Below are positions 1-11,674 of a DNA stretch of 56,136 nt, one piece after another. Both the position numbers and the translations under genes were made by a program. Source of the stretch: Octopus bimaculoides (Eukaryota); contig NC_068983.1 of the NCBI RefSeq assembly GCF_001194135.2, positions 25,006,523-25,062,658 of the forward strand, given 5' to 3'. The notes below the pieces were generated by a model, which worked only from the letters and a program-made list of their open reading frames with translations, did no database searches and was not told the DNA's origin. Every line of letters begins with the position of its first letter. The first letter of the stretch is position 1.

Positions 1-259
1 CCCACCCTCACCTCCTCCTCCTCCTCCTCCTACTACCACTACTTTATTTAATTAAATATTGGCCATTAAGACCTTACAAAGAGGGGAAAACAAGGACAGA
101 CAGACATAAAGTAGCTGCTAGACACAGACATTGATGAGATGAAGATGATTACAAAAGTTTGAAGTAAAAATGGGAGGGGTACCGGCGCCCGCCGACCGAT
201 AACCCCTCGAAAACATTGTTCAATAAGTTCAATAACACAATTAATATAAACACAATATT

Positions 260-290
<31 letters not shown>

Positions 291-1263
291 CTACCTACCT
301 ACCTACCTACATGCCTGCCTGCCTACCTAACTCTCTGTCCGTCCGTCAGACCGTGTGTATGTATGTATGTATGTATGTATGTGTGTGTGTGTGTGTGTGT
401 GTATGATTGTTTTTNNNNNNNNNNNNNNNNNNNNNNNNNNNNNNNNNNNNNNNNNNNNNNNTTTTTTTTTTTTTCGTTGATTTGTAAATATTTTCTCTAG
501 GTTTCAAATTCCGCCAAGGTCGACATTACCTTTCATCCTTTCGGGGCGGGGGGTCGATAAATTAAGTACCAGTTGCGTACTGGGGTCGATCTAATTGACT
601 GTCGCCCTCTCCCCCCCAAAAAATTTCAGGCCTTGTGCCTAGAGTGGTAAACAATATTTTCTCTCGGTGAACAGAGCTTGTTACAAACATAGAAACAAAA
701 ACACCATCAACAACAATTATTGTGACTAAGAAAGTCTTGCCTGTTTTCTACTGTTCAACTTATGAAGTGTATCTGTAAAGTTCATGTTAGCCGATGTCTT
801 TCTTTTCTAGAAAATCTTAGCTTCACCAGGCTTCTTTCAGTTTCCGTCTACCAAATCCACTCACAAGGCTTTGGTTGGCCCGAGGCTATAGTAGAAGACA
901 CTTGCCCAAGGTGCCACACAGTGGGACTGAACCCAGAACCTTGTGGTTGGTAAGCAAGCTACTTACCACACAGCCAAGGAGCTCTTTTTTGTCAAAAATT
1001 AAGTTAAAAGAATATGGGAGTTTCTTATAAATGGATAGTATTATAATCTCTTACAAAATCTTTTTCTCAAGTTTTAAACCCCACAAATTAGGGGGTTTCT
1101 TATACATGTTAAAATACGGTAATTAACTGTTGCCTTTCATGCAAAAAAATATTCGACATTGCACTCGTGAATTATAATTATGATATTAGAAATTATTAAC
1201 TAAATGAAAAGAATTAGAAATTATTATTATAACTATTATTATTTTTATTATTATTATTATTAT

Positions 1264-1731
1264 TAAAATGGTGAGCTGGTAAAATCGTTAGCATGTTGGA
1301 CAAAATGCTTAGTGGTATTTCGCCCATCGCTACATCCTGAGTTCGAATTCCACAGAGGTTGACTTTGACTTTCATCTTTCTGGGGTTGATAAATTAAGTA
1401 CCAGTGAAACATTGGGGTCGATGTAATCGACTTAACCCCTCCCCCAAATTTTCTGGCCTTGTGCCTATAGTAGAAAGGATTATTATTATTATTATTAAAG
1501 CAGCAAGCTGGCAGAATCGTTAGCATGCCAGGAAAAATGCTTAGTGGTGTTTCATCTGTCTTTATGTTCTGAGTTCAAATTCCTCCGAGGTCGACTTTGC
1601 TTTCATCATTTCAGGGTCAATAAATCAAATACTAGTTGAGTACTGGGTTGATATAATCAACTTATCACTCCTCCCAAATTCCATGCCTTGTGCCTATAGT
1701 AGAAAGGTTTATTATTATTATTATTATTATA

Positions 1732-1766
<35 letters not shown>

Positions 1767-1990
1767 TAAAGTGGTGAGGTGGCAGAATCAGTAGTACACT
1801 GGGCAAAATGTTGAGGAGCATTTCATCTGTCTGTTTACTCTGAGTTCAAATTCTGCTGAAGTTGACTTCAAATTTCATTGTTTCAGGGTTGATAAAACAA
1901 GTACCAGTTGAACATTGGGGTTGGTGTCATTGACTTAGCCCCTCACCCTAAATTTCAGGCCTTGTGCCTATAGCAAAAAGGATCATCATC
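1264..1990 (+). mobile_element. Three head-to-tail tRNA-derived SINEs with a Nin/Deu-type core, separated by (ATT)n
   Basis: A/B-box-like head (GGCGAGCTGGCAGAATCG...GAGTTCAAATTCC), core GACTTTGCCTTTCATCCTTTCGGGGTCGATAAATTAAGTACCAG and tail CCTTGTGCCTATAGTAGAAAGG(ATT)n. Further copies near 500-650, 24283-24500, 27405-27600 (+) and 25640-26000, 42830-43215, 56040-56136 (-). Confidence 0.85.
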
Positions 1991-2029
1991 ATTATTATTA
2001 TTATTATTATTATTATTTATTATTATTGT

Positions 2030-2440
2030 TGCCAGTGCCCCTGAACTGGCTCATATGCGGGCGACACATGAAATCTTTCGAGCGAGATCATTGCCAGTGC
2101 CCCCGAACTGGCTCTTGTGCGGGGCCATCGTAAGATTTTCGAGCAACATCATTGCCGGTGCCCCTGGACTGGCTCTTGTGCAGGTGGCACATGAGGTTTT
2201 TCGAGTGAGATGAGCATGGCCGTTGTCAGTACCGCCTGACTGGCCTTAGTGCGGGTGACACGTAAAAGCACCCACTACACTCTCTGAGTAGTTGGCGTTA
2301 GGAAGGGCATCCAGCTGTAGAAACTCTGCCAAATCAGATTAGAGCCTGGTGTAGCCATCTGGTTTAACCAGTCCTCAGTCAAATTGTCCAACCCATGCTA
2401 GCATGGAAAGCGGACATTAAACGACGACGACAACAACGAT
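2030..2440 (+). mobile_element. RTE 3'-UTR-derived interspersed repeat (other copies about 5125-5350 +, 6085-6478 +, 14225-14625 -)
   Basis: Same sequence as 16380-16695: internal ~50-bp tandem units (TTGCCAGTGCCCCTGGACTGGCTCTTGTGC...), the GGAAGGGCATCCAGCTGTAGAAAC core and the terminal hairpin. Confidence 0.85.
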
Positions 2441-2459
2441 TATCATTATTATTATTATA

Positions 2460-2830
2460 ATTGCCCTTGTACAGCTTCTAACACTGGAGATGTACTACAG
2501 TGTCAGCTGTTTGCTGCCAGTGAACTAAGGTACCATCTCTTATTTTTCGAGCCCCTTCCAGAGTATTCCAGCAGTTCCAAGAAGTGCTGTTTTCTGCAAG
2601 TGCTCCAGCCTTATTGCAGCCCCTATTTGTTCCATGTACTTCTCGAGATTTTTGTTCACTATTTCCAGGGCTCCGACAATTACTGGTACTTCTGCTACCT
2701 TTTACATCGACCACAAATGCTTAACTTCCCAAGCTAACCTGTCATATCTCTCGACTTTTATTTCTTCCTTATCACATACCTTGTTGTCAGCTGGACATGC
2801 TATATCTATGATCCAGCATTGTTTTCTTTC
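2460..2830 (-). mobile_element. R4/Dong-type non-LTR retrotransposon 3' end (restriction-like endonuclease region), decayed
   Basis: Minus strand reads KQCWIIDIACPADNKVCDKEEIKVERYDRLAWEVKHLWSM*KVAEVPVIVGAL, then after a frameshift NKNLEKYMEQIG...LQKTALLGTAGIL. A short 3' UTR runs into (TAA)n. Confidence 0.8.
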
Positions 2831-3701
2831 TCCCTATATATATATATATATNNNNNNNNNNNNNNNNNNNNNNNNNNNNNNNNNNNNNNNNNNNNNNNNN
2901 NNNNNNNNNNNNNNNNNNNNNNNNNNNNNNNNNNNNNNNTTGATTCCCAGACCGGGCGTTGTGAGTGTTTATTGAGCAAAAACACCTAAAAGCTCCACGA
3001 GGCTCCGGCAGGGGATGGTGGCCACCCCTACTGTACTCTTTCACCATAACTTTCTCTCACTCTTACTTCCTGTTTCTGTTGTGCCTGTAATTCAAAGGGT
3101 CAGCCTCATCACACTCTGTGTCATGCTGAATATCCCTGAGAACTAAGTTAAGGGTACACATGTCAGTGGAGTGCTCAGCCACTTGCATGTTAATTTCACG
3201 AGCGGGCTGTTCCGTTGATCGGATCAACTGGAACCCTCGACGTCGTAAGCGATGGAGTGCCAACAGCAACAGTGTGTGTGTGTGTCTTTGTGTTTGTTCC
3301 CCCACCACCACCACCACTGCTTGATAGCAGGTGGTGGTTTGTTTACATACCCCTAACTTAGTGAACCTGATATTATAAGTACCAAGCTTAAAGGACAATA
3401 AAGAATGAGTTCTGGGATTGATTTTATTTGACTAAACCCTTCAAGGTGACGCCCCAGCATGCCTGCAGTCCATTGATTGAAACAAGTTACAGATAAATGA
3501 TAAAACATTACCATAGTGATAGATATGAATAATTCTCTAAACCCAGTCAGGTACTCATACGTTTTTGCTAAAGATTACTTCTCCTAATTTACAAAAGTTA
3601 TTATCTAGTTATTTATATACAGATCTGGTGATGCAAACTGGAAAATAGAACTCAAAATATGAGTATATGTATATTTATTTTTCACTAATATTTAACAGAA
3701 A

Positions 3702-3752
<51 letters not shown>

Positions 3753-4800
3753 ATGTATGTATATATATACTATTTTAATATTTTAATATTTATTACTTTG
3801 TACTTTTTTGATTTTTATAATAGGTCTNNNNNNNNNNNNNNNNNNNNNNNNNNNNNNNNNNNNNNNNNNNNNNNNNNNNNNNNNNNNNNNNNNNNNNNNN
3901 NNNNNNNNNNNNNNNNNNNNNNNNNNNNNNNNNNNNNNNNNNNNNNNNNNNNNNNNNNNNNNNNNNNNNNNNNNNNNNNNNNNNNNNNNNNNNNNNNNNN
4001 NNNNNNNNNNNNNNNNNNNNNNNNNNNNNNNNNNNNNNNNNNNNNNNNNNNNNNNNNNNNNNNNNNNNNNNNNNNNNNNNNNNNNNNNNNNNNNNNNNNN
4101 NNNNNNNNNNNNNNNNNNNNNNNNNNNNNNNNNNNNNNNNNNNNNNNNNNNNNNNNNNNNNNNNNNNNNNNNNNNNNNNNNNNNNNNNNNNNNNNNNNNN
4201 NNNNNNNNNNNNNNNNNNNNNNNNNNNNNNNNNNNNNNNNNNNNNNNNNNNNNNNNNNNNNNNNNNNNNNNNNNNNNNNNNNNNNNNNNNNNNNNNNNNN
4301 NNNNNNNNNNNNNNNNNNNNNNNNNNNNNNNNNNNNNNNNNNNNNNNNNNNNNNNNNNNNNNNNNNNNNNNNNNNNNNNNNNNNNNNNNNNNNNNNNNNN
4401 NNNNNNNNNNNNNNNNNNNNNNNNNNNNNNNNNNNNNNNNNNNNNNNNNNNNNNNNNNNNNNNNNNNNNNNNNNNNNNNNNNNNNNNNNNNNNNNNNNNN
4501 NNNNNNNNNNNNNNNNNNNNNNNNNNNNNNNNNNNNNNNNNNNNNNNNNNNNNNNNNNNNNNNNNNNNNNNNNNNNNNNNNNNNNNNNNNNNNNNNNNNN
4601 NAGAGAGAGAGAGAGAGAGGCTCAGGAGTGGTTCATAGGCGCAAGAATGGCTGTGTGGTAAGTAGCTTGCTTACCAACCACATGGTTCCAGGTTCATTCC
4701 CACTGCATGGCACGTTGGGCAAGTGTCTTCAACTTCAACCTTGGGCCGACCAAAACCTTATGAGTGGATTTGGTAGATAGAAACTGAAAGAATCCCATCG

Positions 4801-4832
<32 letters not shown>

Positions 4833-4839
4833 TATGTTT

Positions 4840-5045
4840 GTGTGTCTATGTTTGTTCTTCTACCATCATTTGACAACCGATGCTGGTGTGTTTATGTCCC
4901 TGTATCTTAGCAGTTCAGCAAAACTGATTGATAGAATAACTACTAGGCTTACAAAGAATAAGTCCAGGGTTTGATTTGTTCGACTAAAGGTGGTGCTCCA
5001 TCATGGCTGCAGTCAAATGACTGAAACAAATAAAAGAGTAAAAGA
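4840..5045 (+). mobile_element. SINE family with GGTGCTCCAGCATGGCCGCAGTCAAATGACTGAAACAAGTAAAAGAG tail (copies near 3300-3500, 10300-10470, 11790-12020, 13545-13735, 41100-41335, 48165-48357, 55480-55630)
   Basis: Recognisable dispersed copies on both strands, usually next to (CA)n/(TA)n tracts. Confidence 0.78.
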
Positions 5046-5491
5046 TATGTATATATATGTATATATAATATGCATGTATGTATGTGCGTGTGTATTAATA
5101 GTATTGTAAATAAAAACCACCAACCGATCGTGGCCGTTGCCAGCCTCCTCTAGCCCCTGTACCGGTGGCACGTAAAAAGCACCCACTACACTTACACAGT
5201 GATCGGCGTTAGGAAGGGCATCCAGCTGTAGAAACACTGCCAGATCAGATTGGAGCCTGGTGCAGCCTCCTGGCTTCTCAGACCCTAGTCGAACCGTCCA
5301 ACCCATGCTAGCATGGAAAACGAACATTAAACGATGATGATGATGATGATGATCTTACATTATTTTGTTAATTCATTGTGGTACGGTATTATTTCATTGT
5401 CATTTTCATTATTATCTCTTCCATCCTTACTTTCTTAGTATACTTCATTTGTTTGATTTAAGTAACATACATTTTACATTTCTTTCACTAG

Positions 5492-5964
5492 TTACTTCTG
5501 TCCTGTGTGGTCTTATCATATTGGTGTGCAGGGAGAAATTTTTTTCGTGGAAGCAGCTAAAAAACATGGACACTACAGTGAAAATATACAACCAGCCTCC
5601 AACTCTTCTATTAATGTCAGTAAATCTAAACTTTCTCACAGCCAAGATAACAACTCTGACAGTCAAAGCCAAAACCTGTCCAGTTACTCAGAAAGTATTA
5701 ACACTTCAAAATTTGAAACTGACAAAAGTAAAAACCAAAGTGAAGTCTTCTTGTTGCCGGTACCTTGTGAGAAGAACTCTAGCGAACTCACTGATGTTGA
5801 ATATTTTGAGAAGCTCTTCGGAATTGTACTCTGCAGCTATAATGTCAAGTCAACTCTTGTGGAGAATACTGATGGCGATGAAAAGTATAGGGACAAGAAA
5901 AGGTTGATAGTACAGAAAGTAATAATTGGAAGCCAAGCACAGAGGTCACATAAGATACATAAAG
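5492..5964 (+). CDS. INTU: Inturned, first exon found (N-terminal motif, S/N/Q-rich linker, first half of PDZ)
   Basis: Acceptor tttctttcactag|T and donor AAAG|gtaatt; phase 2 in, phase 1 out. Encodes YFCPVWSYHIGVQGEIFFVE...FEKLFGIVL...KRLIVQKVIIGSQAQRSHKIHK(G). Resembles vertebrate INTU LEPEWLDSVQKNGELFYLE and the PDZ start (recalled from memory, not aligned). Confidence 0.9.
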
Positions 5965-7679
5965 GTAATTTGGTTGTTGTTATTTCAGAATCATGTTTCC
6001 ATTTAGACACGACACCATTATTGACATTGTGGGTTAACAGAGTAGAGAAGGAATATTTCCTCTAAATTTACTATAGCTGAAAAGGGCGTGAACGTTGCCA
6101 GGGCCGCTCACTGACCTCCGTGCCGGTGGCATGTAAAAAGCACTATTCGAGCATGATCGTTACCAGTGGCATGTGTAAAACAACATTCTAGCGAGGTCGT
6201 TGCCAGTGCCACTGGACTGGTTCCTGTCCAGGTGACATGTTAAAGACACCATTTGAGCATGGCCATTGCCAGTACTGCATGACTGGCCCTCGTGCCGGTG
6301 GCATGTAAAAGCACCCACTACACTCTCGGAGTGGTTGGCTTTAGGAAGGGCATCCAGCTGTAGAAACTCTGCCAGATCAGATTGGAGCCTAGTGCAACCA
6401 TCTGGCTTGCCAGTCCCCAGTCAAACCGTCCAACCCATGCCAACATGGGAAGCGGACGTTAAGCGATGATGATGATGATANNNNNNNNNNNNNNNNNNNN
6501 NNNNNNNNNNNNNNNNNNNNNNNNNNNNNNNNNNNNNNNNNNNNNNNNNNNNNNNNNNNNNNNNNNNNNNNNNNNNNNNNNNNNNNNNNNNNNNNNNNNN
6601 NNNNNNNNNNNNNNNNNNNNNNNNNNNNNNNNNNNNNNNNNNNNNNNNNNNNNNNNNNNNNNNNNNNNNNNNGTTCATGCAATTAAAAAGACAGCATTAT
6701 TTATGAGATGACCCAGGATATATATGCATGTATGTATGTATGTATGTATGTATGTATGTATGTATGTCTATATATATGTATCATCATCATCGTTTAACGT
6801 CCGCCTTCCATGCTGGCACAGGTGTAATACATAGATTTGCTGATATATATATATATATAAGTATGCTTACACACAGACACAGACACACACACACACACAC
6901 ACGTGTGTGTTTGTGTGAGTTTGTGTTTGTGTGAGTGTGTGTTTGTGTGAGTGTGTGTTTATGTGTGTTTTGGGTGTGTTTATCAATGCAAATATATGAA
7001 TTTATAACTATTACACATCATTTTTACTTATTTTTACCAATGTTTTCTTCTAAAATTACAAACATGAAATACTGAAATACTGAGAGCTAATATTACTTAA
7101 CTTCTTTGATCTATTTGTAATACAATACTTTTTCAGCTAACAATATTTCCATCTCATTAAGTTGCCTAAATTTTCATTTTTACTTTGATGTTGCGATTTA
7201 ATTAAATATTACATTTCTCATTCGTAGAGCAAGAGTTCTTTCCCTTGTCCCATATTAAACCATTTCGGCAGGAATCTTCATTTTCATCGCCATCATAGTC
7301 TTCATCATGAAAATATATACTGTTTTTTGTATTAAATAATTTTCACCAAATATTCAATTAATCAACAAAGTTTCCAATAATAACAAACAAAAAACGTAGT
7401 TTGTACCACAGTTATTGATATGATATATATCACTGAAATATTTTCAAGTTTTGGAAGCAATTAAAGACGATATAATTCTAAGAAAGATAGAAATGTAAAA
7501 TGAGGAAGAGAAGAAGGAGAAGAAGAAGAACAACAACAACAACAACATCAACAACAAAAGATGTCCATGCTGACCTATCTGACAAGCATCCTACAGACCA
7601 AAGCCAATCAATTTATGGCCCATGGATGAATCTACATATTGTCTATTGGCCAACCTACTATTCGAAGTATATTGTTATA

Positions 7680-7931
7680 GGCAGCGAGCTGGCAGAATCG
7701 TTAGCATGCTGGGCAAAATGCTTAATGGTATTTCGTCTGTCTTTATGTTCTGAGTTCAAATGCCACTGGGGTGGGCTTTGTTTTTCATCATTTTGGGGTT
7801 GACAAAATAAAATAAGTACCAACCAGTTGAGTACTGGAGTTCATGTCATCAACTTACCCCATTCCCTGAAATTCCTGGCCTCATGCAAAAAATTGACACT
7901 ATTATTATTATTATTATCATTATTATTATTA

Positions 7932-7970
<39 letters not shown>

Positions 7971-8259
7971 TTTATTATAATAAGGTGGTGAGCTGGCAGA
8001 ATCGTTAGCATGCCAGTTGCAATGCTTAGCAAATATTTCACTTGTCATTACGTTCTGTGTTCAAATTTTGCCAAGGTCATCCTTACCTTTCATCCTTTTG
8101 GGATTGATAAATTTAGTACCAGTGAAACACTGGGGTTGATGTAATCGACTAGTCCCCTCCCTACAAATTTCAGGCCTTGTGCCTTTAGTAGAAAGGATTA
8201 TTATTGTTATTATTGCTGTTGTTGGTATTGTTTTCAAATGTTGGCATGGGACCAGCAAC

Positions 8260-8305
<46 letters not shown>

Positions 8306-8774
8306 ATTATTATTATTATTATTAATCAGAATTGTTAGCATGCTGGCTGAAATGCTTAGCATTATTTTGCCTGCTGCTTTGTTCTCAGTTCGAATTCTGC
8401 CGAGGTTGACTTAGCCTTTCATTCTTTCAGGGTTGATAAATTAAGTACCAGTTACATACTGGGGTTGATATAATCAACTGCTCCCTCCCCACCCACAAAA
8501 ATTGCAGGCCTCCTGCCTACAGTAGAAAGGATTATTATTATCATTATTAAAGTGGTGAGCTAGCAGAATTGTTAGCACGCCAGGCAAAATGCTTAGTGGC
8601 ATTTTGTCTGTCTTTACATTCTCAGTTCAAATTCCCCTGAGGTCAACTCTGCCTTTCATCCTTTTGGGGTTGGTGAAATAAGTACCAGTTAACTACTGGG
8701 CTCGATGTAATTGACTATCCCCATCCCACAAATTTCAGGCCTTATCCGTATAGTAGAAAGGATTATTATTATTA

Positions 8775-8805
<31 letters not shown>

Positions 8806-9660
8806 AAGTTTACTTCCCAATCACAGGATTCTGGGTTCAGTCCCATGACATGGCTTCTTGAACAAGTGTCTTTTACCAACAGAATAAGAACCTGGCGGTG
8901 AGCTGGCAGAAACATTAGCATGCCGGGCGAAATGCTTAGCGGTATTTCGTCTGCCTCTACGTTCTGAGTTCAAACTCCGCCGAGGTCAACTTTGCCTTTC
9001 ATCCTTTCAGGGTCGATTAAATAAGTACCAGTTATGCACTGGGGTCGATATAATCGACTTAATCCATTTTTCTGTCCTTGTTTGTCTCCTCTGTGTGTAG
9101 CCCCTTGTGGGCAGTAAAGAAATAATAAGAATCTGGCTTTAAAAAAAAAGTATGACTGGGGTTGATTTATTTAACTTAAATTCTTCAAGGCAGTACCCCA
9201 GTATGGCCACAGTCTAATAACTAAAACAAGTATAAAATAAAAGATTATTACTAACATCCTTAGCTGGTAGAATTGTTAGCATGCCAGACAAAATGCTTAG
9301 TGGTATTTCTTCTTGTATTGCATTCTGAGTTCAAATTTTTCCAAAGGTCATCCTTTTGGTGGAGTCAATAAAATAATCCATGACCACCCCATCTTCTTAA
9401 TGGTACCTAAGACCACAACATCTAGTGTGTCCTTCTATTAATAACATTATTAACGGTGGTGGGCTGGCAGAACCATTAGCAGACCAGAAAAAATGCTTAG
9501 TGGAGTTTTGTTCATCTTTATGTTCTGAGCTCAAATTCTCCTGTAGTTGACTTTGCCTTTCATATTTTGGAGATTGATAAAATAAGTACCAGTTAAGTAC
9601 TAGAGATGATGTAATTGTCTTTGTTTCCCCTCAGAAACTACTAACCCTGCACCAAAATTT
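7680..9660 (+). mobile_element. Cluster of about 7 same-orientation Nin/Deu-core SINEs with (ATT)n spacers
   Basis: Copies start near 7680, 7981, 8325, 8547, 8894, 9260 (partial) and 9455. Confidence 0.85.
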
Positions 9661-9708
9661 TAAACCAGATGAATACTCTCCCAAAATTTCAGTGTATGTG
9701 GCATGTAA

Positions 9709-10147
9709 TGATATATTACTAGCAATTGATGATAGAGAGAGGGGTCACCCTTTTCATAATCACTATAAAATTTATGTATATGTTCTTTCTCCAGGTGATA
9801 AAAAGCGGGTAACCTTTTCACAACCGCTATATAATTAATGTGTATGTTCTTTCTCAAGGTGTTATGTTACTAGCAGTTGATGATAGAGAGAAGGGTCACC
9901 TTTTTGAAGTCACTATATAATTATTGTATATGTTCTTTTTCCAAGTGGTACGTTGCTAGCAATTGATGATAAAGATTGGTGTCACCTCTTTACGATCCCT
10001 ATGTAATTAATGTATTTGTTCTTTCTCCAGGTGATATGTTGCTAGCAATTGATGACAGAGAGAAGGGTCACCTTTTCGCAATCACTATATAATTAATTTA
10101 TATGTTCTTTCTCCAGGTGATATGTTGCTAGCAATTGATGACAGAGA
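9709..10147 (+). repeat. 86-bp tandem minisatellite made of the 3' splice site plus the first ~31 nt of the INTU PDZ exon
   Basis: Units at about 9709-9794, 9795-9858 (22-nt deletion), 9859-9944, 9945-10030 and 10031-10116. The final partial unit is the real exon start. Confidence 0.93.
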
Positions 10148-10202
10148 AGTCTCTTGGAGTAAATTAGGAACAACCTTGAAGAGTCTCAAGAAACAAGTTC
10201 CA
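10117..10202 (+). CDS. INTU: Inturned exon, second half of PDZ (86 nt)
   Basis: ttctttctccag|GTGAT...GTTCCA|gtaaga; phase 1 to 0. Encodes (G)DMLLAIDDREVSWSKLGTTLKSLKKQVP, the PDZ GD-x-h-h-A-h-D/N motif. Not in the ORF track. Confidence 0.9.
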
Positions 10203-10517
10203 GTAAGAATTAGTAATTTCTCTAAAATCATTTTTCTGCTTTTGAAATTCATTATTGCTTAATATGCTAAGGCAGCTTCACTAAATAAATATTCTTTTAT
10301 AATTTTACTTGTTTTATTATTTATTGGGCTGTGGTCATGCTAAAGCATCAACTTAAAGGGTTCAGTTGAACAAATTGAACCCAGTATATACTTTCAGTCA
10401 GGTAATTATTGTCTTTGTTTATTTTTCGTGAACCCCTAAATTACTGAGATGTAAACAAACCAACACTAGATGCGCAAATCATAATAATGAATGCACATAC
10501 ATACATACATATGCATG

Positions 10518-10565
<48 letters not shown>

Positions 10566-11467
10566 TAGGGTAAAGGTTCCCTTTGGTCATGAATGACAAT
10601 GGGATTGCTCTTAGAAAGTTCCCCTCTGTGGTACAAACCCAGGCAAGGTTGATTATGGAAGACCAGCAGTCACCTAAGCATACCAGTCTTCCCCTTCCAC
10701 CCCACTGATGATAACATTTATCCAAGGAAAAGGCAAAGGCCGATACAGCTTGGCACAAATGACATCGCAACTCATTTCTACAGTCGAGTGAACTGGAGCA
10801 ATATAAAATAAAATGTCTTGCTGAAGAACACAATATACAACTCAGTTTGGGAATTGAACTCACTACCTCATGATTGTGAACCTGATGTTTTAACCACTGG
10901 GTCATGCACCTTCACACACACATACACATATATGTAATATAAAACCAGACTATGGAACTTGGTGTGGGCTTAGCCTTGACAGTTCTTGTCAAGTCATCCA
11001 ACCTATGCCATCATGGATGTGCTTGGATGTGCTTTTAATGTTCCACTGGCATGAGTGCCAATTAGGCATATATATTTATACATATGTGAAAAGTTTCTTT
11101 TAGTTTCATCCATCGGATCAATTCATGAGGCTTTGGTCAGCTGGGGACTATAGAAGAAACTTGCCCATGGTACCATGCAGTGGGACTGAACCTGAAACCA
11201 TGTAGTGAGAAGCAAGCTTCTTATCACATAGTCATGCTGCTTCTATCTACAAGATATTTCAGTATCAAATAAACTAGATGGAAATCAACGCTCTTAGTGT
11301 TACAGCATAAAGATGCCCTTTTTTGTCACCAACCCTTATCTGTTTCTAAGAAACCCTGTCGGCTAACCCATTAAGAAAAAGCAAAGCCCACATAAAAGTG
11401 TGCTTAATCTGGGGCTATACAAATATATGATTATAAAAATATTTTTTCTTTTATAACTATTTTACAG

Positions 11468-11674
11468 ATTAAACTCACTTTTCAAAATCCTGTTGTTGTT
11501 GGATCTACAAATCACAACTCTGTTGGTGGAATGCGGTTACCATTTTGTGAAAATGTCATGCTGGCTGCTAGTGGCGAAGATTTCTCATCATTGGTAGAGC
11601 TGCTTGACATGTACAAATGCAAACTCTTATGTCTTTCGCTGGACATTGTTCAAAGTGATTTAGATTTTGGTCAG
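11468..11674 (+). CDS. INTU: Inturned exon (PDZ end and linker, 207 nt)
   Basis: ttttacag|ATT...CAG|gtaaag; phase 0-0. Encodes IKLTFQNPVV...KLLCLSLDIVQSDLDFGQ (compare INTU VKLTFEN). Confidence 0.9.

Noticed and set aside
1264-1990. Repeat-spacer-like periodicity suggestive of a CRISPR array
   Set aside because: Eukaryotic SINE copies separated by microsatellites; no unique spacers or cas genes.
3525-3550. Possible first exon ATGAATAATTCTCTAAACCCAGTCAG|gtactc (phase 2)
   Set aside because: The phase fits, but the donor is weak and there is no sequence similarity. The real first exon may lie outside the window or in the gap at 3828-4601.
3705-4661. Long ORFs made of X, and poly-YI/VC/I ORFs across the window
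   Set aside because: Artefacts of N gaps and microsatellites.
5965-6065. 3' extension of the 186-aa ORF (NLVVVISESCF...)
   Set aside because: It is read-through past a GT donor; the PDZ continues properly at 10117.
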